Positions 1 to 9,495 of a stretch of DNA of 64,000 bases are shown piece after piece. The stretch's first letter is position 1. Each line of letters opens with the position of its first letter. Location: the NCBI GenBank assembly GCA_049700215.1, contig JBNAVT010000002.1, positions 41,981 through 105,980 of the forward strand, in the 5' to 3' direction. Made by a program: the position numbers and the translations under genes. Source of the stretch: Thermoproteota archaeon. Its GTDB lineage: Archaea; Thermoproteota; EX4484-205; JAAOZP01. Below the pieces are notes generated by a model. It ran no database searches, was not told the DNA's origin, and saw only the letters and a list, made by a program, of their open reading frames with translations.

Positions 1-687
1 TCCACAGCCGGGGCTGGAACGTCGAAAGGACCCATGGCTTCCTCAACCTTTCTCAAGACGGATCTTTCCCCTGCAAGATAGCCTGACCTTAAGCCCGCCA
101 ACCCGTATGCTTTAGAGAAGGTCCTGACTAGCACAAGGTTGTTGAAGCCGCGTAGAAATGAGATAAGGCTTTTACCATAGTACTCCGCATAGGCCTCGTC
201 CACTATAACCATTCCGAACTCTTCAAGAAACCTTCTCACAATCCTCTCTTCAACAACCTCTCCAGTCGGATTGTTTGGCGATCCTAACAATAGTACTGCG
301 TCGCTGCCCGAGAGGCTAAAAACAGTATCCCAGCCCCTGCCAAGCCAAGAAGGGGTCTGCTCAACCTTGTCGAAGAAAAGCCTGGAAAACCTTGTGTACA
401 TTAGGAAGGCTGGTGAAGGTATTATAGCCCGCTCATATTTTTTCGACAAGCATTGCAACAGGGCCTGCAGCCCCCTGTCGCTGCCCGGGGTTGGAAGAAC
501 CTCCCCGGGCTGTAGACCAAGGCGGCTCGATAAAAGCTCCCTGTATTCAACGTAATCCGGATACCTGTTTAGACGCATAGCTGCATTAAAATAGGCTAGT
601 AAGGCCCTCGGAGATGGGCCAAACGGGTTTTCATTCGTGTCTAGACGGATGGGTTTTCCTTCATATCCGGATGATGGGAATTTCATG
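1..687 (-). CDS. Class I/II PLP-dependent aminotransferase, histidinol-phosphate aminotransferase-like; partial, C-terminus beyond window start
   Basis: Minus-strand translation from ATG at ~685-687 reads MKFPSSGYEGKPIRLDTNENPFGPSPRALLAYFNAAMRLNRYPD... ending ...VLRKVEEAMGPFDVPAPAV. The LDTNENPxGPSP segment is the HisC-type N-terminal motif. It is absent from the ORF track because no stop falls inside the window. Confidence 0.6.
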
Positions 688-757
688 GGAATAATGTTCC
701 ACTGGGAACCCACATGTTTATAAGCTTTTCCAAAGCCCCTAAACAAGGAAGATAAGC

Positions 758-1174
758 ATGCCGAAGACGTATCTTCTTAAAATAGACGATAGGGGCAGAA
801 TCCTGATACCTCAAGCCGTTAGAGACCTTATGGGGCTTAGGCCGCAGTCTGAGACCGTCGGAACCTACGATTCTGAGAAAAACGTTTTCACGCTTATGCC
901 TGCTAGGCAGGGTGGGTACTTCGTCAGGATTGTTTTTAAAATATCTGACCAACCAGGCTCCTTGGCTAAGGTGGCTAACTCGCTCGCATCCTCGGGGATA
1001 AACCTTGTGGCAACGAGCTCGACAACCCTGGTGCCGGGTAAGCTGGCTGAGTGGGAAGTTATTGCAGACATTGACAAGGATTACCCGTTGAAGGAGCGTT
1101 TAAAAGGGGTTGTGGATGCCCTAAGGGGGATCGTGTTCGAGTATGAAGCGGAGGAGGCTAGGGTTGAAACATAG
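758..1174 (+). CDS. AbrB/SpoVT-type N-terminal domain fused to ACT domain, small regulatory protein
   Basis: 138 aa. The N-terminus LLKIDDRGRILIPQAVRDLMGL resembles a swapped-hairpin AbrB/MazE fold, and the C-terminal half has ACT-like beta-alpha-beta-beta-alpha-beta periodicity. It is divergent from the aminotransferase gene. Confidence 0.45.
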   Translation: MPKTYLLKIDDRGRILIPQAVRDLMGLRPQSETVGTYDSEKNVFTLMPARQGGYFVRIVFKISDQPGSLAKVANSLASSGINLVATSSTTLVPGKLAEWEVIADIDKDYPLKERLKGVVDALRGIVFEYEAEEARVET

Positions 1175-1252
1175 TTTTCAGTTTTTCTACCAGGCTGGAA
1201 TCAAAAAGATTTTTAAGCATCCTTAGAGAATCCTTCTACGAATAAAGCCTAA

Positions 1253-1573
1253 ATGGTAGGGATAGAGGAAGCGTTAGGTGAAAGGATAAAGCCGTTTGAC
1301 GACAAGGAAATTTTCGAGGAGCTAAGTAAGGAGGAACAGGTAATAACGATAAGGCTTGAGGTGACCAGGTGGAACAAGCAAATGACTATAATTGAAGGCA
1401 TTGATCCCAAGGAAGTCGACTTGGCCGGCTTGGCTAAGAAGCTTAAGACTTACTGCGCATGCGGGGGAACCGTTAAGAACAATGCTATAATGCTTCAGGG
1501 CGACCACAGGCAGAGGGTCTACAACTATTTGTCTAAAAACGGCTTCTCAGAAAGAAACATAACAATACTGTAG
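1253..1573 (+). CDS. SUI1: Translation initiation factor SUI1/eIF1 homologue (aSUI1)
   Basis: 106 aa. QVITIRLEVTRWNKQMTIIEGI...LKTYCACGGTV...IMLQGDHRQRV matches the SUI1 fold signature, and the length is typical. Confidence 0.85.
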   Translation: MVGIEEALGERIKPFDDKEIFEELSKEEQVITIRLEVTRWNKQMTIIEGIDPKEVDLAGLAKKLKTYCACGGTVKNNAIMLQGDHRQRVYNYLSKNGFSERNITIL

Positions 1574-1673
1574 CCTGGAAAACAGGCTAAAATGCTGGTG
1601 GGGAGGGTCTTTTCTTAGACTGTGGTAGGAGTGTCAACGGAAAACCTTATCTTCAGGAATACATGTTTTTCAA

Positions 1674-2198
1674 GTGTTGGACGCGTTTGAATGCATCTCG
1701 AGAAGGAGGAGTGTAAGATCATTCTTAAAGAAGCCGGTTCCGAAGGAGCTTCTCGACAGGGTTCTTGAAGCCGCCCTCATGGCTCCCTCGGCCGGGGACA
1801 TACATCCTTACAGGATAGTCGTCGTAGAGGATGAGGGTAAGATAAGGCGTATTGCTGAAGCTGCTCTAAACCAAACGTTCATATCTCAGGCTCCCGTGGT
1901 AATAGTGTACCTGGTTTCACTGGAGGAGGCTTCAGCATACGGAAAGAGGGGGGTTGAACTTTACAGTATTCTTGACGTGGGCGCGTCAATGGAGAACCTT
2001 ATGCTGGCAGCCACGAGCCTAGGCTTGTCAACATGCTGGATCGGGGCTTTCGACGAGAGGCGGGTTGAAGAAGTTCTTAATGCTCCGAAAGGCTACAGGG
2101 CGGTTTCACTCACCCCCCTAGGCTACTCAGATTCCACAGCCCGCGGGAGGCCACCCCCGCCTAGAAGCGCGAAGATCCTTTACGAGGGGTTTCGATAA
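1674..2198 (+). CDS. Nitroreductase-family FMN oxidoreductase
   Basis: 174 aa. RRSVRSF...PSAGDIHPYRIVVV...GASMENLMLAA..LGLSTCWIG follows the nitroreductase pattern. Confidence 0.8.
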   Translation: MLDAFECISRRRSVRSFLKKPVPKELLDRVLEAALMAPSAGDIHPYRIVVVEDEGKIRRIAEAALNQTFISQAPVVIVYLVSLEEASAYGKRGVELYSILDVGASMENLMLAATSLGLSTCWIGAFDERRVEEVLNAPKGYRAVSLTPLGYSDSTARGRPPPPRSAKILYEGFR

Positions 2199-2199
2199 G

Positions 2200-2832
2200 A
2201 TGGGGAGCAGGGGGTTTCGGGATGTTGCTGAAGCGATAAACCGTTTAAGCGGGCTGGAAGAGCAGGATGCTGTCAAGGAGATGGCTGCCCTGTTTAAAAG
2301 GATTGATGCTGATTGCCTCAAGACTCTTCTCAGGATAATGAGGAGGGATTTCGGGGAGGCTTCAAGGCTGATTGGAACACACTTGTTAAGGAGAATAGTT
2401 TCAGAAGCCTTGGCCAGAATAACGCTTCTAAAACAGGATGTGGCTGAAGGGCTTGTGCAATCCGGAAGGCTGAAGGATGTTTTAAACAGGAGGAGCAGCG
2501 TACTTCTTGAGAAAGAGTTAAGCATCGACCAGGCTTATCTAGGGATGCTTGAGGCCTGTAGGATAAGCGGGAAGAGTAGCATTGCCTCCAAGGTTAAAAG
2601 CTTGGCGGGGCTACTTAACAAGGCTTCTGACGAGGAGGCTATTCTGATAGTAAACATGCTAATGGGTAGACAGGAGCCTGTGGACGACAGGCTGATTCTA
2701 AGAGCCTTAGTCGAAGCATTCCACGGTTCAGCCGCCACTGGAGCGGGGATGATTAAGGAGGAGGGCTCTCAAGACATTTATAAGGTAGCGATGCAGGTAG
2801 TTAAAAATGCAGGACGAGTTGAAGCAGGGTAA
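2200..2832 (+). CDS. Stand-alone protein resembling the N-terminal DNA-binding domain of ATP-dependent DNA ligase
   Basis: 210 aa. GKSSIASKVKSLAGLLNKASDEEAILIVNMLMGRQEPVDDRLILRALVEAFH aligns with the ligase I N-domain motif G.GSQ..K...LA.L...A...EAKY..R..LG..R.GV.E.L..A...AFH. No adenylation (KxDG) or OB domain follows. Confidence 0.45.
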   Translation: MGSRGFRDVAEAINRLSGLEEQDAVKEMAALFKRIDADCLKTLLRIMRRDFGEASRLIGTHLLRRIVSEALARITLLKQDVAEGLVQSGRLKDVLNRRSSVLLEKELSIDQAYLGMLEACRISGKSSIASKVKSLAGLLNKASDEEAILIVNMLMGRQEPVDDRLILRALVEAFHGSAATGAGMIKEEGSQDIYKVAMQVVKNAGRVEAG

Positions 2833-3010
2833 GAAAGAGGATTCTGGAAGAATTGAGCAAACAATAGAGTGTGCTGAAGAATTATCCAAGATGGTTCAGA
2901 GCCTGAATACTGCTCTGTCGCGAGGGGACTTCGAAGAGCTGAGGGAAATCTTAAGCAAGGTTAAACGACGCATACTGGAGTTGGAGAACTATCTAAATAT
3001 GATTGATTAA
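2807..3010 (+). CDS. Small hypothetical coiled-coil protein
   Basis: 67-aa ORF overlapping the 3' end of the previous gene. Charged heptad-like sequence. No recognisable family. Confidence 0.25.
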   Translation: MQDELKQGKKEDSGRIEQTIECAEELSKMVQSLNTALSRGDFEELREILSKVKRRILELENYLNMID

Positions 3011-3102
3011 ACCTGATTCCTCTTTTTATGAATATTGGTCACGTTTTTCCACCGGTCTTTCTCAGGAGTAAAAGCTTAATAGGTTAGAAGGCACCTAAAA
3101 AC

Positions 3103-3384
3103 ATGGTGGTCTTAATGTCTGAGGTTGAGGCGAAGATTGATGAATGCATAGCTGAGTTGAAGCCCTACAGGATGTTCTCCTCCGAGGCCAGTAGCGCTAT
3201 AAAGGGCTTAGAAATGCTCAAGGAACAGTTGAAAAATCTAACGAAGGAAAACATTGATGAAGTTATAAGGAGTGTGGATGAAGGATACCGGGGAAGCCTA
3301 GCGTATGCGAATTACATTCCCAAGACGGTTGAGAACCTTAGGTTCATAAAGGAATATCTCGAGAAAGTAAAGGCTTCTCTCTAG
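3103..3384 (+). CDS. Hypothetical protein
   Basis: 93-aa ORF with a plausible upstream A/T-rich promoter. No recognisable family. Confidence 0.3.
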   Translation: MVVLMSEVEAKIDECIAELKPYRMFSSEASSAIKGLEMLKEQLKNLTKENIDEVIRSVDEGYRGSLAYANYIPKTVENLRFIKEYLEKVKASL

Positions 3385-3521
3385 CTTACCAGCATGGGGT
3401 GGAATTGATCCCAGGTAACTAGGTGTTCTTTCTCCGCCGCGTTTTTACTCGCTGGATAAACGTTGGTGAGGAAGCGGGATGCCGGCTAATCTTTTTAAGC
3501 CTGTTTTCTAGGAAACAGTCT

Positions 3522-4565
3522 ATGAGGCAGGTTAAGTTTGGTGTAGTCGGCGCTGGGGTGGGAGCCAGCTTTGCTCTTCGCGCCATGAAGCTCCTTGAGG
3601 AGAAGGAAGGGATCGTAAAAGCTGTGGCTGTGAGCGATGTGGTTGAGGATTTGGCAAGGAAAACGGCGGAGGAGTTTGGAATAAAATATTTTCTCAACTA
3701 TAGGGATTTATTGACCCAGGAAAAGGTTGACGCGGTTTTCATTTCAACGCCGCACTATCTGCATTTCCCCATGGCAATAGATGCTATAGAGGCTGGTGTA
3801 AACGTGCTTGTTGACAAGCCTATGGCCATTAGCCTCAGGGAGGCGGATGAGATGATAAGGAGGGCTAGGAGGACTGGTGTGAAGCTGGGTGTAAACCTTC
3901 AGGGCAGGTTCGACCCCAGCGTGTTAAAGGTTAAGGAGGCGGTGGACACAGGCAGGCTCGGCAGGCTTTTCTACGGGGAGGCGACTGTAAAATGGTTCAG
4001 GACAAGAGAATACTATGATAAAAGCCAGTGGAGAGGAAGATGGGCCACTGAGGGAGGTGGAGCGCTCATAAACCAGGCTATTCACACTCTAGACCAGCTT
4101 GTCTGGATCATGGGTCCGGTTGAATACCTCTGGGCTCAATGCGACACTGTTTTCCACAATATAGAGGTTGAGGACCTGGCTGTTGCTACCCTAAGGTTTA
4201 AGAACGGTGCTCTCGGCCTTGTTCAGGCGGGCACAGCGCTCTACCCCGGTTTCCCAACCGGGCTTGAGCTATATGGGACGAATGGCACAGCAATCATAGA
4301 GGGAGAGGTGATTAAACTCTTGGACGTGAAGGGTGAGAAACCATACTCGGAGAAGGAGCCTAAGGGAGGCTTAGAGACATGGGCTAGACCAGAGGCTGCA
4401 CCCCCTTTGAACCATGCAGCATCCATAAGAGACTTTGCCCAAGCCATCCTGGAGGACAGGGAGCCGAAGGTTTCCGGCGAGGAGGGAAGGAGGTCTATCG
4501 AGATCATAAACGCTATCTATCAGTCCAGTAAAAATAGCCAGATAGTCAGGCTCCCGCTGAAGTGA
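3522..4565 (+). CDS. Gfo/Idh/MocA-family NAD(P)-dependent oxidoreductase
   Basis: Rossmann N-terminus MRQVKFGVVGAGVGASFALRAM plus ...FISTPHYLHFPMAIDAIEAGVNVLVDKPMA, the canonical family motif. The start was moved to the internal ATG at 3522 within ORF 3423..4565. Confidence 0.8.
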   Translation: MRQVKFGVVGAGVGASFALRAMKLLEEKEGIVKAVAVSDVVEDLARKTAEEFGIKYFLNYRDLLTQEKVDAVFISTPHYLHFPMAIDAIEAGVNVLVDKPMAISLREADEMIRRARRTGVKLGVNLQGRFDPSVLKVKEAVDTGRLGRLFYGEATVKWFRTREYYDKSQWRGRWATEGGGALINQAIHTLDQLVWIMGPVEYLWAQCDTVFHNIEVEDLAVATLRFKNGALGLVQAGTALYPGFPTGLELYGTNGTAIIEGEVIKLLDVKGEKPYSEKEPKGGLETWARPEAAPPLNHAASIRDFAQAILEDREPKVSGEEGRRSIEIINAIYQSSKNSQIVRLPLK

Positions 4566-4637
4566 TTTAAAATAGTTTTGCAGACGGGTTGCGAGAGCTT
4601 GAAGCAATTTTCTTCGAAAAAGAGCTTCACGGGCTAT

Positions 4638-5546
4638 TCAGAGTTTCAAAACCTTCTTCGCATTCCCATGCATGATTTTATCATAGGCTTTTCGAGATAT
4701 TTTTCCCTCCTCTCTCAAGCCGCGGAGATATTTCAACTGGGGTATGTTCTGATCCGGCATGTCTAAGTCTGTTCCGAACATCAGCCTGTCTTGAAACTCC
4801 TCCAGGAACTGGACTCCGAACTCAGGGTCTCTCGAGACAGCGTTATACCCGCTGCCAGCCGAAAGATCCCCGTAAAGGTTTTGATATTTTTTGAACAAGT
4901 CGACAACTCTCCCGCCAGGCGCAACCCTGCCCGCCGGGTAGCTGTTCCTATCCTCCGGCTTAAGGTCTCCAGATATCTCAGCCCAGAATGGTTGAGAGTG
5001 CCCTATGAATATCAGGTTTGGAAACATCCGCAGGCATTTCTCAAGCCTAGGCAGGCCCGGCTCATCCGCAAGGCCGTAGCAGCCGCCAAGCTGAGGACCA
5101 ATATGGAATATTACGGGTAGCTCGAGTTCCTCGCAAACCCTGAAGAGGCTCAGGGTCCTCGGGTCGTCGAAGTATATGTTGGCAGTTATTTCACCCACGC
5201 CTTTACATCCCTCGTTTTTATAATCCTCCAATATGAATCTCAGGCTCTTTTCTGAGCCTGCGTTCAGCCTTGGATCCGGGTTTCAAAAAGGAATCCGCCT
5301 GCCTCTATGCTTTTTACAGAACTCTATTACCTCGCGAGTGGTCACCGGCTCTATGGTGCTTTCGGGGCTCGGCAGTGGGAGAACAATCGCTACGTCTATC
5401 CCCTCTTCCCCCATTCTTTTAACGAGTTCAGACACCGTTATCCACCGTATGTACTGGTTTTTAACGGGATCGTAAGAAAGCCAACTTGGCCCGGGAGAGC
5501 AATGCGCGTGAATATCGATTATCATGCTCACCGTCTCGCGGAGCAA
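4638..5546 (-). pseudogene. Metal-dependent amidohydrolase (TIM-barrel hydrolase) interrupted by one in-frame TGA
   Basis: ORFs 5283..5546 (MIIDIHAHC... metal-binding N-terminus) and 4638..5231 (C-terminal half) are in the same frame, separated by TGA at ~5283-5285. The spacer translates as ...RRIPF*NPDPRLNAGSEKSLRFILEDYKNEG, continuous with family homology. Confidence 0.6.
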
Positions 5547-5710
5547 GTTATTTAAGCATTCGGTTTAAACAGGAAGACGCGTACGCCTCTTTTCAAAGCG
5601 TGGTTTTGAGAACCCGAGTGCCGTAAACCTCTAGGGTTCAAAGTCGGTTGGGAACATGGAGGCGGAAATATTTAATATCCGCTGAAACAGTTTAATAGCG
5701 GTTTAAACGG

Positions 5711-7046
5711 TTGAGAAGCAGCCTAGCTCTCCTGGGGGGTTCGAAGACTGTTAGATCTGAACCCGGAGACATATTCGCCTGGCCGATTATAACGAGGGAG
5801 GTTGAGGAGGCTGTTTTAGAAGTACTCCGCGCTGGGAAAATGTCAGACGTAGATGTGACTCAAAAATTCGAAGAAGAGTTCGCTCAATGGTTGGGCGTGG
5901 AATACGCGCTTGCACACAACACTGGAACCGCTGCTCTGCACAGCGCGATGTTCGGCATAGGCATAGGGAAGGGAGACGAGGTCATTTGTCCAAGCATCAC
6001 CTACTGGGCCTCCTGTCTACAAGTCTACTCGCTGGGTGGGACCGTTGTCTTCGCTGACATTGATCCTGAAACGCTTTGTATTGATCCCATGGATATTGAA
6101 CACTGGATTACTCCAAGGACTAAGGCAATTATGGTTGTCCACTACCTTGGAATGCCGGCGGATATGGACGCGATAATGAAGATAGCTGAGAGAAACGGCT
6201 TAATGGTGATCGAGGATTGTTCTCATGCTCACGGCGCCCTTTATAAGGGTAGAATGGTTGGGACCTTTGGAGACGTTGCAGGCTTCTCGCTAATGTCAGG
6301 CAAATCTCTTGCTTGCGGCGAGGGGGGGAATGATGACTACGGGCGACAGGCGGATCTATGAGAGGGCAGTGGTCTTCGGCCATTATGAGCGCCACGGGTT
6401 TGCCCTAACGCTTGAAGACCTTAAGCGTGGATCAGGGTTGCCCTGGGGAGGTTACAAGTATAGGATGCACCAGTTAACCTCTGCAGTGGGCCGTGTCCAG
6501 TTGAAGCATTACCCGGAGATTATGGCTGAGATCGATAAAGCGATGAACTACTTCTGGGACCTGCTTGAAGGCGTCCCAGGGATCAGGAGCCATAGGCCTC
6601 CAAAAGACTCTGGGTCGACCAAGGGCGGGTGGTACGCACCCCACGGCATCTATCATCCGGAGGAGTTAGGGGGCCTATCTGTTAACCGGTTCTGCGAAGC
6701 AGTAAGGGCGGAGGGGGCTCCGTGCTACCCAGGATGCAATCTTCCGCTCCATCTACACCCCTTGTTTAACGAGGTAGACGTCTACAACCAGGGTAGGCCG
6801 ACGCGCATAGCAAATTCTCCCCCGGGCGTCGACGTGAGGCAGCCTCCGGGCAGCCTCCCTGTTTCAGAGAGCGTGCAGGAGCGGGTGTTCACTGTCCCAT
6901 GGTTCAAGCATTACAGACCCGAGATTATTGAAGAGTATGCTCAAGCATTCAGGAAGGTTGCTGAAAACTACATGGATCTTCTTCCGGGAGACGCTGAACG
7001 TGGCGAGCCTGCTGGTGGATGGAGCACTTTCTGGACTTCAAGGTAG
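5711..7046 (+). pseudogene. DegT/DnrJ/EryC1/StrS-family PLP aminotransferase, frameshifted in a G7 homopolymer (or sequencing error)
   Basis: ORF 5711..6361 gives ...GKSLACGEGG and ORF 6309..7046 gives MMTTGDRRIYERAVVFGHYER.... Removing one G from the G7 tract at ~6326-6332 restores GEGGMMTTG, matching the TTGEGG region of this family. Confidence 0.65.
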
Positions 7047-7134
7047 CGCTCGGGCTCCATGATACGGGGGAATTCGTGAAACAAGTCGGCATAGTAAACA
7101 GTTGGGCAGGCCGCTACGATTCCTTCCCCCGGAG

Positions 7135-7947
7135 TCAGTACCAGCCTAGTATTCCCATTGCTTCAAGCAGGTCGTCCCCACGGACGATGACAGTCCGGGA
7201 ATCGAGGCGTTCTACGCCGGGCGTTCTACACTGAACGTCCGCGTAATTCGGATGGGAGTATTCGACTTTAAGCACTATAGGGGGCTTAACTTTGAAAGGC
7301 TTGAAATCGGCGGCGTTTTTAACAGCCTTCTCAGCTGCCTCTCGAATCAGCTTCCTGCTCAATGCCGGCGGCAGACAAACCGCGAAGTTCCTGCTTAAGC
7401 CTTCTTTCACAGCAACGGTCTCAACCCTGCCCAGTAGAGCCCTAGCCTCCTCAACAGCAATCCTGCACCCGCTCACTAAAGCCACAGGTACTTCAAAATA
7501 CCCGAGGATTGCAGCATCTATCCCTATTTCGCCAACCCGCTTCTCGTTTACGTAAGCGTTGACTATGACCCTACTGGCCATCGTGTGGTCTAAAACCGCA
7601 CCCCTGCTCCCAGCCATAGCGTGGTACCCTATCATGAACGCTAGGCTAAAGCTCCTGTCGAGGCCAGCCATCCTACACGGCCTCGGCCCCCCGGTTACGT
7701 ACTTCGCCCCCTCATGCAGCTCCTCCGGGACAAGGTTAAAACCGCCTCGCGCCCCGTGCAGATCGTTTACCAGAACTTCTGAAGCACCCCCCTGCAAAGC
7801 TCCTTCTACAGCAGCATTCACATCCCTAGTTAGAAGAAGGCATGCTTCTTCGTATTCTCTGCTTCCAGGCTCTGTCTGCTGCTCGCGGACAATGTAGCTG
7901 GCGCCCTCCATGTCGGCTAGAACGTAAACCTTCATATCCACCACCAT
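7135..7947 (-). CDS. Peptidase M55 (D-aminopeptidase DppA-like)
   Basis: 270 aa. MKVYVLADMEGASYIV...NDLHGARGG...IGYHAMAG matches the M55 family pattern. Confidence 0.75.
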   Translation of the reverse strand: MVVDMKVYVLADMEGASYIVREQQTEPGSREYEEACLLLTRDVNAAVEGALQGGASEVLVNDLHGARGGFNLVPEELHEGAKYVTGGPRPCRMAGLDRSFSLAFMIGYHAMAGSRGAVLDHTMASRVIVNAYVNEKRVGEIGIDAAILGYFEVPVALVSGCRIAVEEARALLGRVETVAVKEGLSRNFAVCLPPALSRKLIREAAEKAVKNAADFKPFKVKPPIVLKVEYSHPNYADVQCRTPGVERLDSRTVIVRGDDLLEAMGILGWY

Positions 7948-8028
7948 TATATGGTTTTTCGAAGCCTTTAAGGATTTACAGGCCTAGCCGGAAGTTTCAT
8001 TCTAACATGATTAGCGTTCTCTCAACTT

Positions 8029-9495
8029 TTAAGGTTCATGCCGATCCACAGGCTCAGAAAGCCTTTTCCAGGCCCTACGCTTCTTATACAGGACTGCCGC
8101 CGCGCACGCGGCTACAAGTATTACGGCTACCGTTAATGGTTTAACATAGTCTATCCTCCAAACAGCTTTTACTACTCTAGACTCGTCAACATAGATTTCA
8201 ACGGTTCTCTCATCCACCATCCTGTCGTTTGGGCCTAGCCCCTCGAAATGGTCGAAAACGTAGAAGCCGCAGCTCGTTACATTCATCCGTATTAGAGCGT
8301 AGGAGCCTTCGTCATACCAGCCTGCGCCGTAGGCGTTTCCATACTCCGTTTCCACACTAATATAATGTTTCTCGGAAATCAACGCGTTTAAAAGGCCTGT
8401 TCGCCACTCTCCCTTAACCGGGTCGTAGGCTCCGAAGCCTGCGCAGAACTCCCAGTAGCACCAGGCTATTCCCCTCTTCTCCGCCTCTCTCGCTACGAAA
8501 CGTGTCCATCTCACCCTTGAATCCATATCTGCTTTACTGTAGGCTCCGAACTCGCCCATTAAAAGAGGGACACCGCCGTGTTGCGCTGCCCATTGGGCAG
8601 CCATATCCAATTCTTCAGTGATCTGTTTCTTCTCCGCCTCAGTCCCGAGCCATCGCTCACCCACGGCGGGAGAGGGACTAACCCACTCCGCCCCCTGATG
8701 GGTGAATTCGAACGGGGTGTAGAAGTGGAAGGTGACGATGATATTCTCATCCTGGGGGATCACTAGACTCTTAAGATTGTAGACACTGTTCCATCCCGTA
8801 GGGCCGATGATTATTTTTCTCGTGGGGTTTGTCTTCCTTATGGTTTCAACCGTCTCCTCAACAAGCTTGTTCCACTTCTCATCAGTCAACTCCCCGTAAG
8901 GCTCGTTCAGTAATTCGAAGTAAAGAGTTTCAGGATAATTCCTGTAGTGCTCGGATATTTGCCTCCATAAGGCTATGAAGCGGTCCCTATGGCTCAAGGG
9001 GTCTTGCATTATCTCCTCATAGTGATGAATGTTTATTATGATGATAAGATGCTGTTCCAAGGACTTGTTCACAACCCAGTCCACCCTGTTGAAGAAGTCT
9101 CCGTCTATCCTATAGGGCGGATTGTTCTCAGCGTGAGCTGACCATCTTATTGGTATTCGAACAGTGTCGAAGCCCGCTTCCCTTATCACGCTGAAATACT
9201 CGTCTCTAATGTAAACCCCCCAGTCGCCCTCCCTGGGCGCTTCTAAAGCGTTCCCGATGTTTATTCCTCTGCGCATCCCGGATTCCACGACTGCTTCTTC
9301 AAACCGGTAATCGTAAGCCAGCTGCGCCTGCTCACTATCTCCCTTCATGCTTACAAAATAGAACATAATTGTAAAAAGTAAGCCGGACAATAAGATGCAT
9401 GTTTCAAGCCTCCTCTCAAGCAGAGTCATCTCTAAACTCCTCTGCTGAAAACCTTTAAAAATATTATTCTCGGATGATGAAAGATATTTTCTCAA
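8029..9495 (-). CDS. Glycoside hydrolase family 5 endoglucanase (cellulase), membrane-anchored
   Basis: 488 aa. GH5 motifs ...FELLNEPYGELTDEKW (acid/base NEP) and LLMGEFGAYSK (nucleophile GEFG). Has an N-terminal signal-anchor and a C-terminal hydrophobic segment LTVAVILVAACAAAVLYKKRR. Confidence 0.85.
   Translation of the reverse strand: MRKYLSSSENNIFKGFQQRSLEMTLLERRLETCILLSGLLFTIMFYFVSMKGDSEQAQLAYDYRFEEAVVESGMRRGINIGNALEAPREGDWGVYIRDEYFSVIREAGFDTVRIPIRWSAHAENNPPYRIDGDFFNRVDWVVNKSLEQHLIIIINIHHYEEIMQDPLSHRDRFIALWRQISEHYRNYPETLYFELLNEPYGELTDEKWNKLVEETVETIRKTNPTRKIIIGPTGWNSVYNLKSLVIPQDENIIVTFHFYTPFEFTHQGAEWVSPSPAVGERWLGTEAEKKQITEELDMAAQWAAQHGGVPLLMGEFGAYSKADMDSRVRWTRFVAREAEKRGIAWCYWEFCAGFGAYDPVKGEWRTGLLNALISEKHYISVETEYGNAYGAGWYDEGSYALIRMNVTSCGFYVFDHFEGLGPNDRMVDERTVEIYVDESRVVKAVWRIDYVKPLTVAVILVAACAAAVLYKKRRAWKRLSEPVDRHEP

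Noticed and set aside
271-555. 94-aa plus-strand ORF at the window start
   Set aside because: It lies antisense inside the minus-strand aminotransferase gene, which has clear HisC-type motifs. The plus-strand translation is Pro/Ser/Arg-rich with no family resemblance.
5600-5665. Possible tRNA suggested by a gggttcaaagtc T-loop-like segment
   Set aside because: No 7-bp acceptor stem, D-arm (AGCxxGGTAGAGC-like) or anticodon arm can be built around it. It is most likely divergent-promoter DNA between the amidohydrolase and DegT genes.
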